Shown: positions 7,460 through 16,777 of the stretch, one piece after another
Position numbering within the stretch: the stretch's first letter is position 1
How the letters are laid out: every line of letters starts with the position of its first letter
From: a virus
Taxonomy: Duplodnaviria > Caudoviricetes
Reading direction: 5' to 3' (one strand)
Virus record (IMG/VR): IMGVR_UViG_3300011335_000515
Coordinates: 1 to 40,666 of that record
DNA: 40,666 bases
Notes under the pieces: generated by a model
Database searches by the model: none
What the model was told of the DNA's origin: nothing
What the model saw: the letters and a program-made list of their open reading frames with translations, nothing else
Position numbers and translations under genes: made by a program

Positions 7460-8053
7460 ATGCCATTCATTCTCTCCGACGCTCCCTCCATCGTTCGCTG
7501 CCTAGTCCGCAAAGAGTTCACGCAGAACCACACCAGCGGGCAGGGGCAGTACCTCAAGGCCCACATCCTCGGCATCCGCTGTCAGGAGGCGGCGAGCCTA
7601 CAGTTCCAAGTCCGGTTCGACGAGCCTGAGTGCGCGGGTGCCATGTTCTGCCTGCCCATTCAAGCCCTGTGCTGGAAGCCGTGCGAGCTGCCTGACGTGG
7701 AACTGGTACAGCCGTGGGATACCTTCTCCTCGACCTTCACGGTGCATGAGTTCGCGCTGTGGAAGCGCGGCAACGCGCAGCTCCTCAACGTGCGCAAGAT
7801 CGAAGGGTATCCCGAGCGATTGGACGCACGCTACTTGTTCACGATCGACTTCGAGGGCAACGCTTTGTCTGATGACGCCCAGCAGCACAAGCAACTCCAC
7901 GTTCTACAGGTCGAGCAGGGCTGGTTCGCCGCCGTCCCGAACAACCGGGTCCTGAGCGTGGACTCCGCCTTCGAGAAACCCTGCGAAGTGCTTCCGCGCT
8001 TCGAGTCCCTTGAACACCTTTACACCGCTGAATGCCAGATCGGAGAACCCTAA
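7460..8053 (+). CDS. Conserved-looking phage hypothetical protein
   Basis: 197-aa ORF with normal codon bias and motifs QPWD, YLFTID, QHKQLHVL..GWFAAVPNNR. Function is unknown. Confidence 0.75.
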   Translation: MPFILSDAPSIVRCLVRKEFTQNHTSGQGQYLKAHILGIRCQEAASLQFQVRFDEPECAGAMFCLPIQALCWKPCELPDVELVQPWDTFSSTFTVHEFALWKRGNAQLLNVRKIEGYPERLDARYLFTIDFEGNALSDDAQQHKQLHVLQVEQGWFAAVPNNRVLSVDSAFEKPCEVLPRFESLEHLYTAECQIGEP

Positions 8054-8057
8054 ACCT

Positions 8058-8507
8058 ATGACCACCCTCACCTACCTCGCTGAACCCGCCATCCGCTCGT
8101 CCGCTCGCAAAGCAGCGGCGAAGTGGAACGACATCCTCACTGACCTCGTCGCGCTCAAGGAGGTCACATCGCAGACGCTCAACATCGTCATCCACTTCGG
8201 CAACATCGACAAGCAGAAGCACCCCGGCAGGATCGCCGAGTGCCGACACCACGGACCCGACAAGTGGGAAATCGTCATCGCCTTCGACGAGAAGTGGGCA
8301 ACGACGTGGTGGCAGCGATTCACCGGCAACGGCCACAACCTTTACGTTACCATGATCCACGAGTTCGGGCATGTGTTCGGCCTGCCGCACTCCAGCAATG
8401 TCAGGCACGCAATGCACCCGGACATAGGCGGCGACGGCTCCATGTCGCGGGGCGAGGTGCAGTCGTATCGTGGGAAGTTCCTGCTCAACTTGGAGGGTGA
8501 GGTATGA
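8058..8507 (+). CDS. Matrixin-like (metzincin) zinc metalloprotease
   Basis: HEFGHVFGLPH matches HExxHxxGxxH and is followed by the Met-turn HAMHP; start at ATG 8058. Confidence 0.85.
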   Translation: MTTLTYLAEPAIRSSARKAAAKWNDILTDLVALKEVTSQTLNIVIHFGNIDKQKHPGRIAECRHHGPDKWEIVIAFDEKWATTWWQRFTGNGHNLYVTMIHEFGHVFGLPHSSNVRHAMHPDIGGDGSMSRGEVQSYRGKFLLNLEGEV

Positions 8508-9040
8508 GCCAACCCCTAGCACCCAAAGGCGGCAATGACCGCGTCTATACCCCGCCTGAGTTGGCGAAGAAAATCGTGAAGCATTTCGACCCGCAGCCCG
8601 GTCTTCTGCTTGACCCGTGCGCTGGGCCGGTCGGCAACCAGCCCTTCTTCGAGGCGATGCAAGACTACATCCCGTACGAGGCAGGCTACTCCGAGGCGCA
8701 GTGGTTTGAGATCGACGAAGGCCGTGATTTCCTGAAACACTCTTTCGAGGGGATGGTGTACTCCTACGATTGGATCATCACCAACCCGCCGTGGTCACAG
8801 CTTTGTGCTTTCCTCAAGCGCAGCATGGAGGTGTCCGACAACGTCATCTTCCTCTGCCTCGTGAACGCCTTCTTTATGAAAGCCCGGATGCGTGACATGG
8901 AGGAAGCCGGTTTCGGCATGAAGGAAATCCTGTTCGTCCCGACGCCCGAGAAGCCGTGGCCGCAGACCGGGTTCGCCCTCGGAGCGGTGCATGCGAAACG
9001 CGGATATTCTGGACCTGTAACCTTTTCGCATTTGCTATGA
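8504..9040 (+). CDS. DNA amino-methyltransferase (N6-adenine type)
   Basis: VYTP, SAM-binding LLDPCAG, GRDFL and catalytic IITNPPW. Confidence 0.85.
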   Translation: MSQPLAPKGGNDRVYTPPELAKKIVKHFDPQPGLLLDPCAGPVGNQPFFEAMQDYIPYEAGYSEAQWFEIDEGRDFLKHSFEGMVYSYDWIITNPPWSQLCAFLKRSMEVSDNVIFLCLVNAFFMKARMRDMEEAGFGMKEILFVPTPEKPWPQTGFALGAVHAKRGYSGPVTFSHLL

Positions 9041-9140
9041 CGCACCGGCTGACGTTGACACTCCGATGAGGCTGCGCTACATGACGAGGCCGCTGATGCA
9101 GGAACACCAACGGCCTCTAATCAATACCCATGACATTACC

Positions 9141-9836
9141 ATGAGCACGACTCCCCCCGCAATACCCTCGAAGAAGAAACGCATCAACTGGAAAGAAGCC
9201 GCAGGCATGCGGTTTGGACGATGGACCGTGGTGGAGTTGACCGGGAAAAAAGGCCGGAACCACCTTGCCCGGTGTAGGTGTGACTGCGGCAACGAGAAAG
9301 AAGTGAACTCCCACTACCTATCTCTCGGGGAATCGACATCATGCGGATGCTACCGAAACGAGGTAACAGCGCGGCGTAACACCACGCACGGGATGGGCGT
9401 CAGGGGATCGCAGCACCCGCTGTTCGGGGTGTACCACGACATCCTAAAAAGGTGCAAGCACCACCCACGTTACAAAGACCGGGTGCAAGTGTGCAACCGA
9501 TGGAAGCACGGCGCAGATGGAAAGACTGGACTCGAAACCTTTGTGGCGGACATGGGCCTACCGCCGTCGTCAGGACTCACGATTGAACGTGTCAACAACG
9601 ATGGGCCTTACTCACCCGACAACTGCGTGTGGGGGACGCGCTTTGACCAAAGCAACAATCGCCACAACACCGCCATGCTTGAGTACGGTGGTGAATGCAT
9701 GTCCATATCCAGATGGGCTATCCGCCTCGGTGTTTCGAGGAATACGCTGCGAGGGAGGTACGACAGAAAGTGGAGCACGGAAAAGATTCTGTTTTACAAG
9801 AATCCTAAGCGTGTATTGGAGGGCTGCGGCGTATGA
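9141..9836 (+). CDS. Free-standing HNH homing endonuclease
   Basis: GMRFGRWTV..CRCDCGNEK..STSCGC..THG, FVADMG and LTIERVNNDGPYSPDNCVW..QSNN, plus a C-terminal HTH-like segment. ATG 9141 is preferred. Confidence 0.9.
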   Translation: MSTTPPAIPSKKKRINWKEAAGMRFGRWTVVELTGKKGRNHLARCRCDCGNEKEVNSHYLSLGESTSCGCYRNEVTARRNTTHGMGVRGSQHPLFGVYHDILKRCKHHPRYKDRVQVCNRWKHGADGKTGLETFVADMGLPPSSGLTIERVNNDGPYSPDNCVWGTRFDQSNNRHNTAMLEYGGECMSISRWAIRLGVSRNTLRGRYDRKWSTEKILFYKNPKRVLEGCGV

Positions 9837-11497
9837 TCTTCACTCCTGAGGAACCACAATGGCGTATGATTCGCCACCTCGATACCCACCCGCAAGCCTT
9901 CGGGGCGATTGGGTGTGGAATTGGAAAAACGGCGGGGTGCCTTTACCACCTCAACCAGAGATTCCAAAACCTCGACTGCAAGGGTGTCCTCATCATCGCT
10001 CCGATCCGCGTTGTCAACTTGACGTGGCCGCTGGAAGTGCGGCAGTGGGAACAGTTCCGCTGGATGAAGGTAGCCAACCTTCGCACGCCACACGGTCGTC
10101 ATGCTTTCCTCACCGGCTCTGCGCACATCTACCTCATCAACTACGAGGCTCTCTGCTCCCGCACGATTACGGTGAAGAAGCGTCGCGCCCCGACGCAAGA
10201 GGAGATTGCGCATCTCCGCGCCACGGGCGAACTACCTTACGGCTGCCAGATGTCGCCCAACCGGAAGAAGCGTGGGCCACTGACACCGGCAGAGCAGGAG
10301 GGACTGCGCAAGGGCGTGCTGTTCCCATGGATGCAGTTCTACGATGAGGTGGAGAAGAACTGCCCCGGCTTCGTGGAAGAATACCTCGAAGGGCGCAGCG
10401 ATGCTCCGTTCGACACGGTCATCTTCGACGAGAGCACAAAGCTAAAGGCACCCGACAACAAGGGTGGCAATCGCCTGCGCAAGTGGTTGCGCGAGAACGC
10501 CGACAAGGTGCCGAACCGCATCGCGCTCACCGGCACTCCCGCGCCCAACAGCCTACTCGACCTGTTCGCGCAGGTGCGGTTGTTGGATGACGGCAAACGC
10601 CTCGGACCCAACTTCGAGATGTTCAAGCGGTCCTACTTCCACACGACCGACTACATGCAGCACAACTGGGCACCCAACGCCAACGCGAAGGAGGCCATCG
10701 AGCAGCGCATCGCTGACATCACCATCACCCTGCGGTCCTCCGACTGGCTCAAGGATGTCCCTGACACGGTCGTCGAGGATGTGGAGGTCAAGATGCCCGA
10801 CCCCATGATGCGCCAGTACCGTGACTTCGAGAAAGAGCTGGTGCTGCAACTTGGCACCAAGAACATCACCGCAGCGAATGCAGCGGCCCTCGTCACCAAG
10901 CTACTCCAGTTCACGAGCGGCGCGGTGTATGATGAAGAGCGCAAGACGCACGACATCCACGATCTCAAGATCGCTGCGCTGCGGAAGTTGAAGAAGGAGA
11001 TCAAGACTCCGCTGCTGGTCGCCTGCATCTTCCAGCACGAGCAGGAGAGAATCCGGCGAGCGTTCCCAGACGCCCGGTTCTTCTCCGACGCGAAGAGCGA
11101 GACGCAGCAACTCATGCTACTGGAGCAGTGGAACCAGCGTCAGATTCCCATGCTAGTCGCCCACCCCGCGTCCGTGGGCCACGGCCTCAATCTCCAGCGT
11201 GGCAGTTCCACGATGGTCTGGATGTCGCTCACCTACAGCCGTGAACTCTACGAGCAGATGATCGCACGCCTCGCACGCCGGGGGCAGCATGACGTGGTGA
11301 CGGTTTACCGCCTCATGTGCCCCGGCACAGCAGACGACGCCGTGGCTACCGTGCTGCAAGAGAAGCGAGATACCGAGCAGCGGCTCCTGTCCGCCCTCAT
11401 GCTCCTTGAGGCTGTGCGGGATGACGCGACGCTGACTGAGCGGATGACGAAAGTAGTTGACAATACCGCAAGTATTGCGCACCCTGAAACCCCATGA
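9833..11497 (+). CDS. SNF2-family helicase
   Basis: GCGIGKT, LIIAP, VIFDEST, ALTGTP, HPASVGHGLNLQ and QMIARLARRGQ. Confidence 0.92.
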   Translation: MIFTPEEPQWRMIRHLDTHPQAFGAIGCGIGKTAGCLYHLNQRFQNLDCKGVLIIAPIRVVNLTWPLEVRQWEQFRWMKVANLRTPHGRHAFLTGSAHIYLINYEALCSRTITVKKRRAPTQEEIAHLRATGELPYGCQMSPNRKKRGPLTPAEQEGLRKGVLFPWMQFYDEVEKNCPGFVEEYLEGRSDAPFDTVIFDESTKLKAPDNKGGNRLRKWLRENADKVPNRIALTGTPAPNSLLDLFAQVRLLDDGKRLGPNFEMFKRSYFHTTDYMQHNWAPNANAKEAIEQRIADITITLRSSDWLKDVPDTVVEDVEVKMPDPMMRQYRDFEKELVLQLGTKNITAANAAALVTKLLQFTSGAVYDEERKTHDIHDLKIAALRKLKKEIKTPLLVACIFQHEQERIRRAFPDARFFSDAKSETQQLMLLEQWNQRQIPMLVAHPASVGHGLNLQRGSSTMVWMSLTYSRELYEQMIARLARRGQHDVVTVYRLMCPGTADDAVATVLQEKRDTEQRLLSALMLLEAVRDDATLTERMTKVVDNTASIAHPETP

Positions 11498-12057
11498 ACA
11501 CACCCACCCTCTCCCAGCTCGCCGACATCGGAGCGGCGGCTGCCTACGGCGCTATCGACGGAACCCTGCTTGTGGTTTTGCATGCCCACTCAACCTACGA
11601 GGAGCACCGCCCAGCCCGTGAAGCCTTCGTCCGCGCCGTGCTCGACGCGGTCGGCTACAAATTCCCCGTGGACCCCGAGCGCGAGGCTTTCGAGAAGTGG
11701 GCGGCTGGGCTGGTTTTGCCAGACAAACCGGGGGCCTTCGAGGCGTGGAAGGCAGGCCGTGCTGCCATGCTTGCGTCACAGGTGGAGCACGAGGTCGTGA
11801 TGCCGCATCCTGACAGCACCAAACCCGCACCCAAAACCTTCGAGGCCCGTGGCCTGACGTGGTTCAAACACACGCCGGGCGATCCGTGCCCGTGTGATGG
11901 GGACGCCCGAGTGGACGTTCTGGAAAAGGTGGAGGCAGAAGGCAGCGGCTACATGGCTATCAGCAGGGAAGCCCGCCACTGGCGCTGGGATAAACAGAGC
12001 ACGCGGTCCGATGTCGTCGGCTGGCGCTACGCCACCCCGCCCGCCGACGCCCCTTGA
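11494..12057 (+). CDS. Hypothetical phage protein
   Basis: ATGA-coupled ORF combining EREAFEKW..AWKAG and W..H.PGDPCP..W.W..DVVGWRY segments. Confidence 0.75.
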   Translation: MNTPTLSQLADIGAAAAYGAIDGTLLVVLHAHSTYEEHRPAREAFVRAVLDAVGYKFPVDPEREAFEKWAAGLVLPDKPGAFEAWKAGRAAMLASQVEHEVVMPHPDSTKPAPKTFEARGLTWFKHTPGDPCPCDGDARVDVLEKVEAEGSGYMAISREARHWRWDKQSTRSDVVGWRYATPPADAP

Positions 12058-12081
12058 CCTACCTTCGCCAGCGGGTATCAT
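12054..12081 (+). promoter_or_regulatory. Putative sigma70-like promoter for terminase
   Basis: TTGACC-16 nt-TATCAT, 9 nt before ATG 12091. Confidence 0.65.
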
Positions 12082-12090
12082 GCGTTCCGC

Positions 12091-14061
12091 ATGGCCCGCA
12101 CCCCAGCACCCGCTAACGTAGTCATCCAGTACGGCTTTAAGTGGCCGCGCCTTCAGCGTGTGCCCGCTGGGACCGACCCTGACAGGCTACAGGCCATCGC
12201 CATCGAGAAGCTGATTCTCGGCAACTACGCCATGTTCAAACGACGTGGTGCTCAACTGATGCCGTGGGAAGAGCACTTCATGCGTCTAGTGTCCTACATC
12301 TGGGACCGCCCGGACTCGAACCCCAACTTCCGCTTCCTCTGGAACCCCTACGCCATGCGAATGCTGCGAGGGGTTTCAGTGTATAACAACCTCGCGGTCG
12401 CCGGTCACGCCTCCTCCGGCAAATCGGATTTCTTCTCCGTATATGCCATCTGCCGCTTCCTCATCGGTGAGGAGCCGCCGTTTCCCGAAGGCGCGGTGAT
12501 CGACGATGAGAAGCGGTTTGCCAAGCCCGACAACGTGAAGGTGTTCGTCACCTCCACCACACTGCAAGAATCTCGTGGCCGAATCTGGGGCCGCATCGAA
12601 GGGTATTGGAAAGAGGCTGCCCGCGTGTTCGGCGGTGAGAAGTACATGGACGGCAAGCTCGTGTCGTCCGCTGGCAAGATCGCCCACATCATGCCGGACG
12701 GCAGCCAGAACAAGCTGGCCGGTATCGAGCTGGTGGCAGGCGGCAAAGGGCATGACGGAGAGGCCAGCACAAAGATCGGTTTCAAGGCACGCCGGTTCAT
12801 CGTCATCGCGGACGAGCTGCCCCTCCTCACGCACTCGTTCTACGAAACTGCCATTACCAACTTGCAGGCCAACAAGTTCGCCCAGTTCATCGGCATCGGA
12901 AACCCCACCTCGCCCTTCGATCCGTTCGGGGTGGTCATGGAGCCGAAGGGAGGCTACGCCACGGTGGACGAGACCATGGACGGCTGGGAGACGAAGAACG
13001 GCTACTGCATCCGCTTCGATGGGGAGAAGTCGCCCAACGTCGTCGCTGGCCGTGAAGTGTGGCCCGGCCTCCTGACGCTGGAGAAGCTGGAGAAGATTCG
13101 CGCCGACAAGGGTGAGAAATCGCCGGAATACTACCGCATGGTGCGCGGCTTCCTGTCGCCCGATGGTGAGAGCCACGCCATCTACAGCGGGGCGGAGATC
13201 ACCTCGACCAATTCGCAGGCCAAGGTATCGACGTGGGTCAAGACCCCTACGAAGGTGGCGTTCCTCGACCCGTCATTCAGCACCGGGGGTGACGAGGCTC
13301 CCGTGTGCATCTGCAACGTCGGCACCTACTACAACCCGCTGTCGATGAAGAACGTCACCGGCATCGAGATCGTGGAGACCATCGACCTGATGAAGGGTAT
13401 CGACGCCTCGAACAAGGATGTGGACCGCAACACGCAGCTCGTGAACGCCTTCCATGCCGCCTGCAACCGGCACGGCGTCGAGGTGGCAAACCGTGGCGTG
13501 GACAGCACCGGAGCGGGCGACCCGTTCGCGACGCTCATGGCCGGTGTCATGGGCCGCGAGTTCCAGATGGTCAGCTTCGGTGGGTCCGCCTCGGAGCGCC
13601 CCGTGTCCTCGACCGACCCGCGCCCCGGCAACAAGCGATTCGCCGACCGTGTTTCCGAGCTGTGGGGCGTCGGGAAAGACCTCATGCGTGGAGGCCAGAT
13701 TCGCGGACTCGACAACGCCACCTGCATGCAGATGGCAGCCCGGCTCTACCGTCTCACTGGCAGGGATGTCATGGAGGTAGAATCGAAGAAGGACATGCGG
13801 AAGCGCACCAGCGGGAAGTCGCCTGACCGTGCTGACGCCTTCTTCGGCTGCATCGAGATCGCTCGTCGGCGACTCGGCCTCACGCCTAACGTGCGGGCTG
13901 CGGTCAAAGCCAAGGTGGCAGGACCGCCGACCGACGAGAGGTGGGAGGCACTGGTCGCTGCGACCTCTCCACCCAAGGGCCGGGGAACGTACACGGCCCT
14001 CGCCCCCAAGACGCTCGGGTCGTCGAAAGGTTGGGCAATCGCACCCCGAGCACGGATTTAG
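12091..14061 (+). CDS. terL: Terminase large subunit
   Basis: Walker A GHASSGKS, Walker B IVIADE, coupling motif IGNP, RNase H-like FLDPS..GGDE and GVDSTG, and C-terminal KSPDRADA. Confidence 0.9.
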   Translation: MARTPAPANVVIQYGFKWPRLQRVPAGTDPDRLQAIAIEKLILGNYAMFKRRGAQLMPWEEHFMRLVSYIWDRPDSNPNFRFLWNPYAMRMLRGVSVYNNLAVAGHASSGKSDFFSVYAICRFLIGEEPPFPEGAVIDDEKRFAKPDNVKVFVTSTTLQESRGRIWGRIEGYWKEAARVFGGEKYMDGKLVSSAGKIAHIMPDGSQNKLAGIELVAGGKGHDGEASTKIGFKARRFIVIADELPLLTHSFYETAITNLQANKFAQFIGIGNPTSPFDPFGVVMEPKGGYATVDETMDGWETKNGYCIRFDGEKSPNVVAGREVWPGLLTLEKLEKIRADKGEKSPEYYRMVRGFLSPDGESHAIYSGAEITSTNSQAKVSTWVKTPTKVAFLDPSFSTGGDEAPVCICNVGTYYNPLSMKNVTGIEIVETIDLMKGIDASNKDVDRNTQLVNAFHAACNRHGVEVANRGVDSTGAGDPFATLMAGVMGREFQMVSFGGSASERPVSSTDPRPGNKRFADRVSELWGVGKDLMRGGQIRGLDNATCMQMAARLYRLTGRDVMEVESKKDMRKRTSGKSPDRADAFFGCIEIARRRLGLTPNVRAAVKAKVAGPPTDERWEALVAATSPPKGRGTYTALAPKTLGSSKGWAIAPRARI

Positions 14062-14096
14062 CTTGACGATAGCGCGAGGAGGGTGGAGGGGTGGTA

Positions 14097-14387
14097 ATGC
14101 CCTGCTACGATGGTGGTTGGCCCACTACTCTTTACCCACACGAAGAACTCGATACCCTGCGCAAACGCAATGGGCTACTCGGTTCCATGCTGTGCGCCAT
14201 CTGCCGCAAGTTTGAGGAAGGCGCTGATTTCGCTGTCGCCGACATCCCGAACCTCGTCGAGTGGTGGGAGAGCCACAAGAAGTACGACGCCTTGATTTCC
14301 GAGTATGAGCGTCACGAGAAATTCGGGGTGCCGATGACAAAAGAGCAGCGTGACGCGCTGCACGAACACCGTAAATACGCTGTATGA
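14097..14387 (+). CDS. Hypothetical phage protein
   Basis: MPCYDG..MLCAIC..WWESHKKYD; its stop overlaps the next ATG. Confidence 0.7.
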   Translation: MPCYDGGWPTTLYPHEELDTLRKRNGLLGSMLCAICRKFEEGADFAVADIPNLVEWWESHKKYDALISEYERHEKFGVPMTKEQRDALHEHRKYAV

Positions 14388-14959
14388 GCAACGAAATGTC
14401 CAAATCCCACAACGCTCGCTACCGCAACGGTGATTACGAGCGCATCCGTGGCCGAGTCCTCGACATCGGCTGCGGGCCTGACCCGGTCAAGCTACCACCG
14501 CCCCACACCGTCGTTGGGTGGGACATGCAGGACGGCGACGCCCAGTATCTTGCAACCCTCGACGACCGTTCCTTCGACACCGTGGTCTCGGCTCACTGCC
14601 TTGAGCACATGACCGACGTGCCGGTGGCCCTGTCGAACTGGGGCCGAGTGCTCAAGGACGGCGGCTACCTCTACGTCCTCGTCCCGTCGTGGACGTTCTA
14701 CGAACGGCACCAGTGGACCTCGCGATACAATGACGACCACAAGGCGTCCTTCGATCTGATTGATCCGTTGCAGCGTCCACCGCACCCGTTCTACACGTTC
14801 CGTGACATGCGACGTATCGGACTCGAAGCGGGGCTGACGCTCGTCGATGCCCGGCTTGAGCTTGACCAGTATCGTATCGACCTCACATGGGATCGAGACC
14901 TTGACCAAACGCAGCACGGTGCTCTGGCGCAGTGCTGCTTCATCTACCTGAAAGCATGA
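14384..14959 (+). CDS. Class I SAM-dependent methyltransferase (small-molecule/glycan type)
   Basis: VLDIGCG, FDTVVSAHCLEH and RVLKDGGYLYVLVP. Confidence 0.9.
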   Translation: MSNEMSKSHNARYRNGDYERIRGRVLDIGCGPDPVKLPPPHTVVGWDMQDGDAQYLATLDDRSFDTVVSAHCLEHMTDVPVALSNWGRVLKDGGYLYVLVPSWTFYERHQWTSRYNDDHKASFDLIDPLQRPPHPFYTFRDMRRIGLEAGLTLVDARLELDQYRIDLTWDRDLDQTQHGALAQCCFIYLKA

Positions 14960-15564
14960 CCCCCCTCCCCGTCATCATCTACCGCCCGCCGACTCAACGC
15001 AGCGCCGTTGACAATCTAGTGTCGTTCTGTTCCGAACTGGACGGCACCCGCGTTGAGAAGTTTGCGCAGCCCGAGCCTACCGGCCTCACCTACCCCGGCC
15101 TCCCGAACTGGTCGTTCAAGCAAGTCGCGAAGCACATGAAAGGGAAAGACTTCTTCTGGCTCGAAGCGGACTCGATTCCTCTACGAAAGGGGTGGCTCGC
15201 CGCCATCACGGCAGAGTGGCAGAACGCCAAGCGGTATGGCTGCCACATGATGTGGACCTCCGACTACAACGCACCCCACGACCGCATCGGCGGCATCGGT
15301 GTGTTCAGCGCAGAGATCGACGACATAATTCCTGACGGCATCACGCATGACGGGTTTGACGGCTGGGTGGTGAGCAACTGCATGGGCCTTGTCCACCGCA
15401 CCCCGCTCATCCAGCACCGCTACGCGTGGTATCAGAAGGACGGCGACATCAAGCGCCATCACGAGTTCCCGCCAGACCTCGGAGTGATCCGCCGTGACGC
15501 GGTCATCTTCCACAAGGACGCCAAGCAACAACTCATCCAGTGCGTGAAGGAGGGGTTGGTATGA
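14956..15564 (+). CDS. Putative glycosyltransferase (GT-A-like)
   Basis: FFWLEADSIPL (ExD variant of DxD), GIGVF, FD and VIFH motifs, in a methyltransferase/GT cluster; ATG 14956. Confidence 0.6.
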   Translation: MTPLPVIIYRPPTQRSAVDNLVSFCSELDGTRVEKFAQPEPTGLTYPGLPNWSFKQVAKHMKGKDFFWLEADSIPLRKGWLAAITAEWQNAKRYGCHMMWTSDYNAPHDRIGGIGVFSAEIDDIIPDGITHDGFDGWVVSNCMGLVHRTPLIQHRYAWYQKDGDIKRHHEFPPDLGVIRRDAVIFHKDAKQQLIQCVKEGLV

Positions 15565-15764
15565 AGGAGTTCCCCTTCGGCGTTGAGCACATCGACAACG
15601 CCATTACCGCCCTGACCAAACTCAGCGTTCACTGCGCCGGGCTGCTTGAAGCCAACGACGCCCTTGCTGCCAAGGTCGCGGAGTGGAAAGCCCGCGCCGA
15701 GAAGGCGGAGGCCGCGCTCAAAGCGGCGGAAGACGACCGACACCTCACAACCTCATGCGTGTAA
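15561..15764 (+). CDS. Small coiled-coil protein
   Basis: ATGA-coupled, with WKARAEKAEAAL heptads. Confidence 0.6.
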   Translation: MKEFPFGVEHIDNAITALTKLSVHCAGLLEANDALAAKVAEWKARAEKAEAALKAAEDDRHLTTSCV

Positions 15765-16777
15765 AACTCTCCGGCGATCTCGGCGATGCAGTGTTCTCAC
15801 TGCCCGTCATCAAGGCTCTCGAAGGCGGGCCGCACGACATTCTGTTCGTGGACCGCCGTCCGCATGTCGCCCCGTTCCTTGAGCGCGAGAGCATCATCCG
15901 CCCTCTCTATGAGTCGTGCCCTTACGTTCGCAGCGTGACCATTGACGACGGCCCCTGCGACTTCGACCTTGCCGCCCTACACCCTCAATCGTGGGGCACA
16001 CTCTGCGGCTTCCGTCGCTTCCACTCGTGGCGCTACACGCTGGCCCATGCCCAGCGCCTCGAAGCCGAGAAGCAGGGGTTCAGCATGGCGGCGTTCGACC
16101 AGTCCGCAGCGTGGATCACGGCTGATCCAATCCAGCACGACCGTATCCCGATCCACCGCAGCCCTCGTTACAACAACCCCTACTTCCCGTGGAAACAGAT
16201 CGTCGAGCACTTCGGCGACCGATGCGCGTTCGTTGGGTTGGCGGAGGAGCACACCGCGTTCCAGACTCACGTCGATCGGAAAGTGGACCGCATGGCCTTC
16301 CCCAACCTCTACGAACTGGCACGGTTCGCAGCGGGGGCGGAGGTGTGCATCGGGAATCAGAGTTCCCCCAACGCCGTGTTCGAGGGCCTCAAGGTGCCGC
16401 GCATTCAGGAGACCTGCCTGTGGCAGCCCGATTGCATCTTTCCCTTCGATGGGCACAACTGGTATGTGGCTGACGGTGGCCTGCGCTACCATGACCTCGT
16501 CATCCCGCCGTCCGCTTCACGCTTCGCTGACCTCGACACCTCTGTCGTCCCTCGCGGGATGTGGCAGTATGGCGAGTACCGTGAGACCGTGTTCGCGATC
16601 CTCCTCAACAAAGTAGCCCGTGACGAGGGCACCACGCCCGACGCCGTCCGGCAGAAGGTGTACCTTGCCAACTGCGAGCGCGTGCCCGATTTCTTCCGCA
16701 ACCGACAAACCGAATCCGAACTCCAACGCTACCGGGTGGCGTGTGAGAGCGTCGGCTACCAACTCCCCGCACCATGA
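15755..16777 (+). CDS. Putative GT-B glycosyltransferase (GT9/heptosyltransferase-like)
   Basis: N-terminal SGDLGDAVFSLPVIKAL, W..I, FVG..EE and LYELARFAAGAEVCIGNQSSP; start at ATG 15755. Confidence 0.75.
   Translation: MRVKLSGDLGDAVFSLPVIKALEGGPHDILFVDRRPHVAPFLERESIIRPLYESCPYVRSVTIDDGPCDFDLAALHPQSWGTLCGFRRFHSWRYTLAHAQRLEAEKQGFSMAAFDQSAAWITADPIQHDRIPIHRSPRYNNPYFPWKQIVEHFGDRCAFVGLAEEHTAFQTHVDRKVDRMAFPNLYELARFAAGAEVCIGNQSSPNAVFEGLKVPRIQETCLWQPDCIFPFDGHNWYVADGGLRYHDLVIPPSASRFADLDTSVVPRGMWQYGEYRETVFAILLNKVARDEGTTPDAVRQKVYLANCERVPDFFRNRQTESELQRYRVACESVGYQLPAP

Noticed and set aside
8504-9836. Methyltransferase plus HNH as a restriction-modification pair
   Set aside because: The HNH has homing-endonuclease architecture, its own upstream signals and different codon usage; orphan methyltransferases are common in phages.
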